Source of the DNA: Camelus dromedarius
Lineage: Eukaryota
Length of the DNA: 64,000 nt
Direction of reading: 5' to 3'
NCBI RefSeq assembly: GCF_036321535.1
Contig: NC_087437.1
Span: 36,148,001-36,212,000 of the forward strand
This document shows positions 51,647 through 64,000 of this stretch, piece by piece. A model generated the notes under the pieces. It ran no database searches. It was not told the DNA's origin and saw only the letters and a program-made list of their open reading frames with translations. How positions within the stretch are numbered: position 1 is the first letter of the stretch; every line of letters starts with the position of its first letter. The translations under genes were made by a program, and so were the position numbers.

Positions 51647-54600
51647 TGTCTTAGTTTAGGTTGCAATAATAAATATAGTAGACTAAGTGGGTTAATCAAC
51701 AAAAATTTATTTCTGGAAGTTCTGGAGTTTGTGAAGTCCAAGATCAATGGGCTGGTCAATTCAGTTCCTGGTAAGAAACTTCTTCCTGATTTGCAGATGA
51801 CCACCTTCTTACTGTATCCTCACATGGTTCGGGGAGAACACTCTGTGGTCTTTCCATCCCATTATAAGGGCACAGTATTAAGGTTCCCTAGAGAATCAGA
51901 ACTAATAGGAGATATATATATATATCTAAAGATATATAGATATATATATCTCAGAAGATTTATGATAAGGAATTGGCTCACACAGTTACAGAGGCTGAGA
52001 AGTCTACCTGCCATCTTCAAACAGGAGACCCAGGAGAGCTGGTTAGTATAATTTAGCTTGAGTCTGAAGGGCTGAGAACTAGGAGTGCCAAGGGCAGGGG
52101 AATATCAACATCCTAGCTCAAGCGATAATTCAAGTCTTCCTTTCTCTTTTTGTTCTATTCAAGTCCTCAAAGGATTAGAGGATGTCTATTTACATTGCAC
52201 AGGGCAAACCACTTTACTGAGTCAACTGATTCAAATGCTAATTTCATCCAGAAACATCTCCACAGACATACCCAAAAGACAAATATCTCGGCACCAGAGA
52301 TTCAAACTGACACATTAAATTAACCATCACAAGTCCACTCGTGATCAACTTGGCAACCATATGCCCTAAACCACACTTAATTTCCAAGTAAAGATAGTAA
52401 TAAGGCCTAATATGATACAACTATCCTGTGTACAACCAAAAATGCACTAACCCTTTCCCTAGGAAATGAAGTTCTTGAGTGATGTTTATTCTTTTTGATA
52501 TCTTGTACCTTAAGTAATAAGATAAATAAAGTCAATACATCTTATGTTACATAACAAGGGAATAAGAGAGGGAAGAAAAAATACAAAGTGTATTCACAAC
52601 AGCATAAGGACAAAATACTCATAACAGTAACAGTCTTCATTTTTGTAATAAAGTAATGTATAATAATGTTATCTGGTCATGTGGTCATAGCTGGTGCTTA
52701 TAACCAACTTCTTCCACTACCCATTATGAATTTCCTTTACTTTCCACAAGCACCTCAGTGGGTTGAGGTTCTTTACCTAAAGGGTGATTCAAACTTTCAT
52801 TCCTGAAGGGTCTGGGCCATTAGTAGCCCTGCCCTTCCTGTATTGAATTGTTCTAGTTTTCCATTAACCTTAATCACAGAGCATGATAATACTTTAAAAC
52901 AAACAAACAAAAAAACACCCTAAGGAATTCTCCTGTGTTCTAGACATACCCTTCCTTACTTTCATTGTGGAGTAGTAGTCCAGTTTCCCCCTTGGTAGTA
53001 AGGATCAATCACTCCAGCCAGCACAGTTACTCACTAATTTTTCTGTTGATTCAGAGGCATGAGGAGTCCAAAGCAGCTGGGATGTAACTTCAAGTTAATT
53101 GAAATCATTGTTTTTTAACCTAGTGGAAGCATTCCTCTCTTTGGAGCTAAGAACTATCGCCTGCAGAGCATAAAGTCATGGGAATAAGAAGCAAAAATTC
53201 TGCTAGTGGTATCACTCCCATTTCCACCTCTTGACTCCTGGATCCTGCATCCTGGCTATCAGAGAAAACTCAACATATATTGGACACTGATTCAGAGCAT
53301 ATACAAGGTTCTGAAGAACCCTGCCCCAGACATACAAGGTATTACTACCTAGGTAGCATTGTAATTGAGTTTTCAAAAGGCAATTCTACCTTCTGTGAAA
53401 CTAGCTGCTTCAGGATGGTCGGGAAATGGTAAGAACAGTTAATTCCATGAACACCAGCCTATTGCCACACTTCTTTTGCTATGAAGTGAGCAACTTAATT
53501 CAAATAAATGCTGAATGGAATACCATGAATGGTAAAGAAGGCACTCTGTAACTCCATCGAAGCATTATGTGAAGGGACAGAAAATCTTTACTCAGAGTAG
53601 CTGTCTATTCTAGTTAGGACAAAGCAGTGCTTCTTAAATGATAGAAGTGGTTTAATGTAAACAATTAAGCACTAGGTAGCCAGCTGATCAATAGGGAACA
53701 GTGCCATATTAGGGACTAAGTGCTGATCTCTGCTGCTGACACAGGCACTCGCTAGTGGCTACAGCCAGGTCAGTCTTGGTGAATGGAAGTCCATGTCACT
53801 GAGTCCATATGACAATGGCAGGAGTAGCTGGGGAAAGAGGCTGACTAGTAACCACAGAATGAATCATCTTGTCCCTTTATATATTAAAATCTTTCTCTGC
53901 TAAGAAGAAATCTCTCTGCTAAGAAGAAATCTTTCTTTGGTGAGCATTCACATGGGACCCAAATATCTTCATTTTATTTTCCTATTCAGAGAGTTATACT
54001 TACAGATCCTTGCCCCAATTTTCTGTCACCAGTTTCCAATATATTCTTTCCAAGTCCCTGACCAGTTATAGCAAATCATTAGCTACAGAATCTCCGTATA
54101 ATAACACACCTGCCATTTCTCTTTCCAAGAAAAGTGAACAGTCAGGTACATGTGAAAGTTCTGCTCACTCAGAGGATTTCCTTTCACCATTATCCTTCAG
54201 GGATGTTCCAGAAAGTGGCAATGGTACTACAGCTGTCCACTCTTGGGTGGTGGTGCTTGCATATTGTGCATAAACATTTGTAAATCAGGCCTAAATTTTC
54301 TCTTCCTTTGTCAACTGATCATAGGGAACTTCCCATGAGGCCATAGGTATAGGCTGGGAGAAAGAAGACAATATAGCAGAAGTGGGGACCATAGGCGTTT
54401 GGGCCATTTCTTCACGTAACTTGTGTCTTCAAGGTCTGACCAAGTATATACCACTTCCATTTGATGATTAGATGTTACTGCATATGCCCAACTTTATGGC
54501 TTGGTGGGTTAGCTAACACCCAGCTCATAATGGACAGCCCAGGTATCGTGGTTACTTCATGGCCCGTGGCTAAGCATTCAGTCTCTAGTAAGGCCAAGTA

Positions 54601-57067
54601 GGAAGTCAAGAGCTGTTTCTTAAAATGAAAGTTGTAATCTGTGGAGAATGAGTAGCATAACTGGGTCCTTTCTCAGGGCACCTGGCCTCCCCTTCATTAA
54701 AGGAGTTCTGGATCTTTAAACTGGTTCAAGTATGGGAACTGACTGAGGAGCTGTGACTCCCCGTATTTATGATTCAGGTTAGATTTCGTTCATTTGACCC
54801 AGAACTTTTATGCTTTTACAAATAAAGTAAGAATCTAGTATGCTCCCTTATCTATTTTAAGAGCACCACAATTAATTAGCTAACACAGTAGGTCTACACA
54901 AGTCATACTATGCTGATAACTGCCTTCACTATGTCGTCCGTTACAGTAACCATACCCACCTTGCCTTTGGTGGTTGAGTGCTGCCACCTGGCCCCTGCTA
55001 CCACCAGATCTAACTTACTCCCATTGCATTTAGGTTTCCCAGCTTTTAGGCTTTAATTCTCCTTTTAAGGTTTGGCCTATAGAGAATAATCAAAGAGCAC
55101 TTCAACGATGCTGGAGCTCCCCTCCCAAATTTATTTCTCAGTCTTCTGGGCTCTCCCAACATGGATGAGCAGGTCTTAAATGATAAAGCCACTTTAACAA
55201 GCCCTAAGCCTTTGAATCTCTTCCTCTACATTAAACCAAGGCTTGTTGGGCATTTCCAGTTTGCTCATGGTGGGTCATCTTTTGGTCCATGTTCTAGCCA
55301 TTCAATGAGGCAAACTGTTAGAGCTCTTTCTAATTTTTGATTTGCAAAGTTAAATTCAGAATTTCCACTTTGTGATTCCAAATCCATAAATTAGGCATGA
55401 TTCTAACTTATGTTTATCCCCACATCCTTTGCATTTGTTCCTACACATGTCCCCAGACACTATCTGTATAAATTAGAAAACTCTAGCTCTTTTAGAGTGC
55501 AGTACAACTCACTTTAAGGGTCCTGCTGGTATTTGAGTCTAATTATCTGTTTAAAAACAAAGGGGAGTGGTGGGGTGGGTCCTAAGGAAAATCAGCACTG
55601 TTTCGCATGGCAGTTGCCTCAGGGGAGGTCATTACAGTTCTCTCAGGCAGTGCAGTGTTAATCATCTCAGACAGAGGTGGAAAGTCTAATACCACTGTGA
55701 GTGGAGAGGTCAGTATCACTGGGAGTGCGATGCTGCTGCCACTAGGGGTTGGGGGTCACTTCTGTTTGAGCTGGGAAGACCACTTCTGCTGGAGGTGGGA
55801 TGGCTAATTGGAGATAACTCTTCCACAGGCAAAGACAACTCAAGAGAATTTAAGGGCTCCATACCTATTCTAACTGGCAGGATCCCATTCTTTCCTAATC
55901 AATGCCCACTTTAACAGTAGACACCCTGCAAGGCTAAGAGTTCAACTGGGGTTATAATTTAGCCAGTCACAGGATGAGGCTCTACATTTAATTGTCAGCA
56001 ACGTCTAATCCTGTTGCTACAGGAGATAAGACTCTCCTTCAGGCACACATTGAAGCTCTGGTTCCATTTATATTAAGCTTGAGCTGAGAATCTGAATCCC
56101 TGAACTCACCTTTTCTTTCTTCACTTTGCTCAGGGACATGAGGAGCATCAAAGTCCTTAGTTTCATGCATTTTCAAAAAAATGTTCAAAAGTAACAAATA
56201 CAGAATCACCTGGCTCTTTGCTTTGTTTCTTTTAAGTGGTTGATTAGGAGTATCTAATGCAGATCATTTGTGTATCTCTGTAATAGTTCACACCATGGGC
56301 TGTTAGAGCTGCTTACTTCCAGACAGTCTTTAGGGTCTTTAAATCTTATCATGTTAGACAGCCAATTCCAGAAACCTCAATTCAGAAAAATTACTCTAAA
56401 ATTCTGTTTCTCTAAAACTGCTCTCAGTACCACAGTTTGGATTAGTCAGAAAAAAAGAGCCAGTAATATATCAGATTTATTATAAAGATAATTGCATAAT
56501 TACAGAGGCTGAGAAGTCCCAAGATCTGCCATCTACAAACTGGAGACTCAGGAAAGCCATGGTGTCAGTACAAATACAAAGGCATGAGAACCAGCAGACC
56601 CAATGATTTAGATTCCAATTCAAGTGTGAAGATCTTAGAACCACAAGTACTAAGGGAAGCAGAATAATGATATTCCTTTCAATAGTCAGAAAAGAAAGGC
56701 TGAATTCTTGCTTCCTCTGCCTTTTTATTGTATTTAGGCCCTCAAAGAGTGGGGATGCTCACTCACACTGGGGAGAGGAAACTGCTTTACTGAGTCCACC
56801 AATTCAAATGCAATTTCATTCAGAAACACCCTCCCAGACACACCCAGAAATAATGTTTAGTCAAATGTCTGGTCACCTAAGATCCATTCAAGTTGACACA
56901 TAAAATTAACTACCATAGGCACCAATCCCATTATGGGTGCACCACACCCACAAACTCCTCCAAACCCAATTACATGCCAAAGGCCCAACCTCCAAATACC
57001 ACCACACTGGGGATTAGGTCTTCAACCTGACTGGGGTCGGGGTGGGGAACACACTCAGTCAACAGCA
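51647..57067 (-). mobile_element. MLT1A-type MaLR LTR split by an ERVL provirus (parts 51647-51873 and 56918-57067)
   Basis: Starts tgtcttagttt, ends cagtcaacagca; 5-bp TSD AACAT at 51642-51646 and 57068-57072; halves rejoin at 'tataagggcac|caatcccattatg'. Confidence 0.9.
51874..56917 (-). mobile_element. ERVL provirus with two MLT2-type LTRs and internally deleted gag-pol
   Basis: LTRs at 51874-52331 and ~56433-56917 share 'acagaggctgagaagtc', 'ctttactgagtc', 'gacaca.taaattaac'. TSD GGCAC at 51869-51873 and 56918-56922. PBS-like tggtactgagag (minus, 56421-56432). Confidence 0.92.
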
Positions 57068-58279
57068 AACATCCTTCGATGGACCTGCTGGGAAGTTCAT
57101 TTGTGCTGCGTATTTGAGCAGAACAACCTGAAATAAAGTATCTGCCTAGGGTGGTGATAATGAGGATGAACATAAATGGATATAGTCAGCAAGTGTAGGA
57201 TGTAGAATCGACAATTCTTGGCAATAATTGGATTTGGGAGAGGATGAAATTAAATAAGACCCAGGAGTATGGTGCTGATGGCATATTGCAAGGCATCATG
57301 AATAATATATTACAGATTACTAAACTCGCTCACCTTTTTCCCACGCTTCTTCCCTAAAAGTTTGAGAACCTGTGTGTGGACGGAGTCTTTATGCTGAATG
57401 ATCCAGCTCTACCCTCAAAAGATCTTGATTCTGTTTACTTTCTGAATTTTAATGTTATTATGCCTTTACATATGTTAACATACTAAACAATACTTTGAGA
57501 ACACAAGCACCGAAAAATCTATCTCAGTTTTCTCGCAGAAGAGACAATTTAGCAAGAAATAGAAGATCAAAGGGAAATGCACAGTGAGACAGAAAAGTGT
57601 ATTGAAAGTATTTACAGCTTTACAAATCTAATTATTTTTCAAAAGCTCTTCCACAAAGAAAAATGTAGACTTAGTTACTAAGGATCATCTGTATTTGCAA
57701 AATGAGCATTATCAAGGAAAAAAAAACACTAAAATTATTGATTACCTATTCTGTGGCAGGAATCCTAGTAGATGAACATTGTCTCTATTTCCCTGAGATA
57801 TTGTGAGGTGTTTCTATTTTAAAGATAATCATCTAAGGTTGGTAGAGTTTATGTAAATCATCCAAATTCAGGGGAAGGTGCTATCAGAATTTAAATACAA
57901 GTTTGCCACTTTACATTAAATATTCATCAGAGAGTAAGACTTTCAGAAGCATTATGAAAAATGTGATTTTAAGTTTTAACCCCCTCAGGTATAAATCTTT
58001 AATCTCTAATTAAAAGAAATTAAGTTTCTACATCTAAAAGTTTGGAATCTAGGCAATAATATCATTAAGACAAAAAATGATGTCAAAGCCTCAGGAAAAC
58101 TTCCTGAGTTGCAGGCTAATGCTAGTTGAACTAATTATAATAATCTTTTAAAAGCTGTCCAAAGTTCTATTACATAATAACTTCTTTCATTTGAATATTA
58201 CCAATAAATGGCCTATTTAGCAAAATTTGTTACATTTTGATTACCTTAAGTCATTTATTATAAAATATCAGTCTTTATA

Positions 58280-59747
58280 ATAGTTTATCAAAAATCCAAG
58301 ACAACACTTTCAAATCCACCTTTTCCTCCTCACATACAGAACTTCTCCACACATCACATTTCTTATAGCTCAAAAAGTCACTTGATATTGGTCAGGTACG
58401 CTTTTCATCTCCCAACTTTTGTTGACGTCAAAATATGATAGTTAACTAGTATTAAAGCCATAAAATTCTTACATAGCACAGCACATTAAGCTTTAAATAT
58501 GGCAATTAAACCACGTAAAAGAAGGTAAGACTCCCATTCTACATAGTCAGAATCAGGTGTTCACCATCCCTATCTGGCCACCATACAGTGGTTCAAAAGG
58601 CAGTAGGGGCAACAGGCATTTACTTTGGAAGACACTGAACACAATGATCTGGAAGCATATTATTATGTTACCCAGTCCCAAAACTTCCCACCTTTCTCCA
58701 AGGTGGTCTTATAATTGTACAGTGGCAGGTACAGTTAATACAAAATGAAGACAAGACAATTAATCTGTGCAAACATCCTACTCATACTATGTACACATTA
58801 TGATATTTAAACATATCATAAAAACTTGACATCATCATCCTGGTTTTTCAGTTTAGGTGATCCATCAGTCCTGCACTTGACTGTTATTTCTCTCCTAGTA
58901 CTGTTAAAACCAAAGATGACCAGGACAACAATCAATGGCCATAGACATCTCACATACAGTTTCTCCCATAATATGGGAAATACTTTAAGTCTAAAATTCC
59001 ATTGGAAAGATAGTTGATAAAACTATTGTGTTTTCATCCTTTGAAATACATGTTATCTTTGTTTATCCTAGAGGCTTTAATCTAATTATTTTATTCATTG
59101 TCACAAAAATAGAAGGGTTGCCATTGGAATACCCATAATTAAGATCATCCACATAAGTGCATGATCGTAGTAAAAACAGGAAAGTGACATGCTACATAAA
59201 ATGGATCTTTCTGTTCAAAAGTGCTCCATCAGGGCAAACTGTGTAATTCTTCTTTTCTTCTAAATCATATACCTTTAGAAACATCTTAAGGTCTATAGTG
59301 TCCTCCTTACAGGAATTTGGATCAGACATATTGATGGTACATTCCAACTCAGTCACTGGTTTTGGAAAAACCCTTAAGCCCTGGACCAGGAATCTGGTCA
59401 TGATATTTTGGAACCCCATTATTCAGAGTCCAAAGCATGCCTGAAAAAAGCGCAGGCAGAAATATATGAAAGACTAGGCAGATGAGCAAGATCAAGTCCC
59501 AGCTCTTTGCAGAGTGCCCCAGGAACTCTAAAGTGGTTTGGTGGTAGATGAAGAATTTACACTCTTCCAGGCTCTGACTGAATGACTTTTCTTTGTCATG
59601 GTGTGTGTGCCTATGGTGAGGGGAGTGGAGGCCATGTAGGTGGCAAGGACAGAGGCATGTCCTGGCTCGAGTGGTACAGACCTGGGACAGCAGCAGAAGG
59701 CTGTACAGCTGAGGAACCTCTCCACTGAGGTGTGCACTTGAGCAGAT
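58280..59747 (-). pseudogene. ATP1B3: Processed pseudogene of Na+/K+-ATPase beta-3 subunit (CDS-equivalent 59599 to 58787, with 5' and 3' UTR)
   Basis: Intronless. Fragments '[48 protein letters not shown]' and '[35 protein letters not shown]' match ATP1B3 ([70 protein letters not shown]). Multiple frameshifts and stops. ~500 nt of recognisable 3'UTR follows TAG at 58787-58789. Confidence 0.96.
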
Positions 59748-59859
59748 TCCATATGTACCTTTCAATGCTGATTTACAGGCTGGACACTCCAATCAAATGA
59801 TGTCATAAATTAGGTGGTATTTACCATTCTAGAGTTAACAGAAATTAAGTTCCAGATTA

Positions 59860-60110
59860 ATTAATTATCTTTCTTTAAGAAACAAAAGTAGATAGTGGCT
59901 GAGCTGGGATTTAAGCTGTTTTCTGTCTGACTCCAAAAAAGTGCTATTTACTGGTACTTGATACCAATACTGTATTATTAGTTATGACTGTCCTTTTACA
60001 TTCATTCAATAAACATGTACAGAACTGCTTAGAACCACTGTTCTAAGAAATAGAACACATTAATGAAAAAACAGAAACCTCTACCCTCTTAAGATTGATA
60101 ATCTAAATTA
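59860..60110 (-). mobile_element. MIR and L2 relics
   Basis: 'gctgagctgggatttaagctgttttctgtctgactccaaa' (MIR) and 'cattcattcaataaacatgtacagaactgc' (L2 tail). Confidence 0.55.
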
Positions 60111-60654
60111 TTCTGAGTTATAACATTATGATCCTATATTATTCTTAAAGATTAAATAATATACTGGAGCTACATATTTTAACTTCCCAAGCTATAGGTT
60201 ACATAAATCCATGCATAAATCTCTATAACTAGAGCAGAGTCAATATTATTACATTTAAAATTCAATTTTTCAGTTATTTCCAAAATTTAGCTTTAAAATT
60301 ATACATTTTAACACATAGTATAGAGACAATAGTGAAAAAAAATTGTATGTGTATATTTGTGATAATTGGTAATAACTGCAAATCCAAATCAATATAGTAA
60401 AGATTTTTAGTATGAAAATATTTTATGCACAATATCACCTATTTATACTTAGCAACCTTGAAGTTTACTAATGTCTTTACATAGTTTTACAGATAAACTA
60501 TAGAGTCAAAGTGATACCCTACTCATAATAAAAGAAAAAATTTATTCAATATTTGTAGAGACACTGCATGTTAAAAAATAAAAACATTAATATTATTAAA
60601 ACAGCACTTTCAAAGAAGTAGGAACCTAGATTGATGTCCACTGTTCTCTTTACA

Positions 60655-63600
60655 TTTAAAATTTTTATTCAGTTTATTTAAAAAAACAACAAAACAGTTC
60701 ACTCGTTTCTCCCATTCACCACCACCTCTTGCAATAACTCATTTGTTTTCTCTATGGACATGGTTTGTTTTTCCCTTCAGATTCCAAATATAACAGATCA
60801 TTTTGTATTTGTCTTTCAGTGTTTGATTTATTCTACTTAGCATAATGTTCTCGAGGTCTATCCCTGGTGTCACTAATGGCAAGATCTCATCTTTTTATGG
60901 CTGAATATTATTCCATTGTGTACATACCACAATTTTTTATCCATTCATCCATTAATGGACACTTATGTTGTTTCCATAATTTGGCTATTGTAAATAATGA
61001 TGCAATGAACATATGGGTGCATATATCTTTTTGAAATAGTGTTTTTGTTTCCTTTGGATAAATACTCAGAAGTGGAACTGATGGATATGATAGTTTTTAA
61101 TTTTAGTATTTTAATTTTTTCAAGAACCCCCAATACTGTTTTTTAGAGTATGTGAATATACCAATTTACAACCCAACCAACAGTTCTCCACATCCTTATC
61201 AACAAATGTTATTTCTTGTCTTTTTGATAATATTCATTCTTACAGGTGTGAGGTAATATCTCATTGTAGTTCTGATTTGCATTTCGCTGATGATTAATAA
61301 TATTGAGCACCAGACTTCTATATTAAAAACTACAAGACATTTATTAAAGAATTTGGAGAAGACACAAATAAATGAAAAGGTATCCTATGCTCACAGACTG
61401 GAAGAACTAATGTTGTTAAACTGTCCACATTGCCCAAAGCAGTCTATAGATTCAAAGCAATCTCTATCAAAACTCCAATGGCATTTTTTACAGACATAGA
61501 ACACACAATCCTAAAATTTGTATAGAACCACAAAAGACCACAAATAGGCAAAGATATCTTGAGAAAGAAGGAAAAAGCCAAAGGCATCATGCTTTCTCAC
61601 TTGAAACTACAAAACAAATCTATAGTTATCAAAAGCAGTTTGGTATTGGCATAAAAACAGACACACATATCAGTGGAACAGAATTGAGAACCCAGAAATA
61701 AACCCATGTATATGTAGTCAATTAATTTATGACCAAGGTGCTAAGAATATATGTTGGGAAAACAGTTTCTTTAATAGTGTTGGGAAAATTGGCAGCCACA
61801 TAAAAAAATAAAACTAGACCACTTACATCTTATACACAAAAATTAACTCCAGATGTTTTAAAGACCTGAACTTAAGACTGAAATCATGAAATTCTTAGAA
61901 GAGAACATGGGCAGTAAGCTCTCTGACATATGTCTTGGTGATATTTTTTTAATTTGATGCCAAAATCAAGAAAATCTTGCAAAAGTAAGAAAACCGAAAA
62001 TAAACAAGTGGGACTACATCAAACTAAAAAGCAAAGGTAACCAAAAACAAAAACAAAAAAAAGACAACCTACTAAATAGGAAAAAAAAATAATTTGCAAA
62101 TCATATATCTAATAATGGACTAATATCCAAAATATTATCATACAACTCAATAACAAAATAGTCATATTAAAAAATGGGCAGAGGATCTGAATAGACATTT
62201 TTTCCAAAGAAGACATACAGATGGCCAACAGGTACATGAAAAGGTCTTTTTTATTTTGTCTTTTATTCTTCATTTTGATAATGTGATGTATCACACTCAT
62301 TTGCGGATATTGAACCATCTCTTCATCCCTGGAATTGATCCCACATGATCATGCTGTATGATTCTTTTGTTTTTTAATTTGGCTTGCTAATATTTGTTGA
62401 GAATTTTTGGATATATGTTCACCAGAGATACTGGCTTGTAATGTTCTTTTTTTGTAGTGTCTTTATTTGGTTTTGGTATTAGGATAATGATGGTCTTGTA
62501 GAATGAGTTTGGAGCATCTCTTCCCCTTCTATTTTTTGGAAGGGTCTGAGAAGAATTGGTGTTGATTCTTTGAATGTTTGGTAGAATAAACCAGTGAAGA
62601 TGTCTGGTCAAGGACTTTTGTTACTTGGGAGGTTTTAGATTACTGACTCAATCTCCTCCCTAGTAGTGGTTTGTTCACATTTTCCATTTCATCATGATTC
62701 AGTCTTGGAGGTTGTTTGTCTCTAGGAATTTATCCTTTCTTTCAGGTTGTCAAGTTTGTGGGCATATGATTGTTTGTAGTAGTCTCTTATTATCCTTTTT
62801 CTATAGTATCAATTATAAAGTCTCTTTTTTCATTTCTGATTTTATTTGACTTCTCTTTTATCTTGGTGAGTCTAGCCAAAGGTTTGTCAATTTTGTTTAT
62901 TTTTTCAAAGAACTAGCTCTTAGTTTCACTGATCTTTTCTGTTGCCTTTTTAGTCTATATTTTATTTCTGCTCTAAAACATTATTTCCTTCTTTCTACTA
63001 ACTTTAGGATAAATTTGTTCTCTTCTAGATCCTTGAAGTGTAAAAATGGGTTGTTTATTTGAGACTTTTCTTCTTTCTGGAGATAGGCATTTATCACTAT
63101 TAAAATCTTAGAACTTCTTTTGCTGCATCCCAAATTTTGGTATATTACATTTCCATTTTTATTTGTTTTAAGGTATTTTTGATTTCTCTTTTAATTTCTT
63201 CTTTGATCCATTTGCTATTTAATAGCATGTTATTTAATCACCAATTTGTAAATTTCCAGGTTTGTCTCATGTAATTAATTTCTAGTCAAACCATCCTAGA
63301 TGGAAAAGAAGTTTAATATGATTTCAATACTCAAATTTATTAGGACTTATTTCTTGACCTAACATATGATCTATATTGGAAAACGTTTTATGTTCTCTTG
63401 AGAAGAATCTGTATTCTGTTGCTTTTGGAGGGAATGTTCTTTAAATATCTGTTAAGTCCACCTGGCCTAACATGTTGTTTAAGGCTGATGTTTCCTTTGA
63501 TTTTCTGTCTGAGTGATCTATCCATTGATGTATGTGGGCTATTAAAATCTGCTACTATTAATTGTATTGCTTTCTATTTCTCCCTTTAGGTCTGTTAATA

Positions 63601-64000
63601 TTTGCTTTGTATATTTAGGTGCTTCCATGTTGGATACATAAATATTTACAACTGTTACATACTCCTGTTGGATTTATTCCTTTATCATTATGTAACATCC
63701 CCTTTTTGTCTTATTGCAGTCTTTGTTTTAAAGTTTATTTTGTCTGACATAAATATAGAACTCCAGCTTTTTTTGGTTTCCATTTGCATGGAATATCTTT
63801 TTCTATCTCTTCATTTCAGTCTATGTGTTCTTACATCTAAAGTAGTGTATCATTGGCAGTATTGGGTCTGTTTTTTAATCCATTCAGCCATTCTAGATCT
63901 TTTGATTGGAGAATTTAGTCAGTTTACATTTAAAGTAATTATTGATAGTCATGTGCTTATTAGCATTTTGTTAATTGTTTTCTAGCTATTTTTGTAGTTC
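60655..64000 (-). mobile_element. LINE-1 3' end and ORF2 with an internal ~930-bp inverted segment (61312-62245 on +)
   Basis: Antisense L1 at 60655-61311, sense ORF2 at 61312-62245, antisense ORF2 again from 62246 (ORF 62387..62611(-) '[33 protein letters not shown]'). Runs off the window edge. Confidence 0.92.

Noticed and set aside
59349..59792. 147-aa ORF as a novel membrane protein
   Set aside because: It is flank plus decayed 5'UTR read into the frameshifted ATP1B3 pseudogene; no evidence of function.
331..63985. Short ORFs in the supplied track as stand-alone genes
   Set aside because: All are 147 aa or less. Those I recognise are L1, Tigger1 or ATP1B3-pseudogene remnants or their antisense shadows; the rest look like chance ORFs.

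Overview
AT-rich, CpG-depleted mammalian genomic DNA, most likely intronic or at the 3' end of a gene. No prokaryotic features and no intact long ORF. Most of the window is decayed transposable elements: many LINE-1 copies in both orientations, L2/MIR relics, MaLR (MLT1) LTRs, an internally deleted ERVL (MLT2) provirus nested in an MLT1A LTR with both target-site duplications (TSDs) intact, a full-length dead Tigger1, and two Tigger2a-like MITEs. Two retrocopies are clear, both on the - strand: a U1 snRNA retropseudogene with a 17-bp TSD (4119-4286) and a processed ATP1B3 pseudogene (~58280-59747). The young L1 3' ends and the lack of Alu/B1/Can-SINE/Bov/PRE SINEs suggest a camelid-like cetartiodactyl (inference). 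The most interesting unexplained signal is a chain of + strand microexon-like units (6, 13, 7/10, possibly 25 nt) and two equal-length candidate terminal exons in the unique DNA, which would give an unidentified host gene alternative C-termini. This is an unverified hypothesis. Family names are from memory of consensus sequences, not searches; old-repeat boundaries are approximate.
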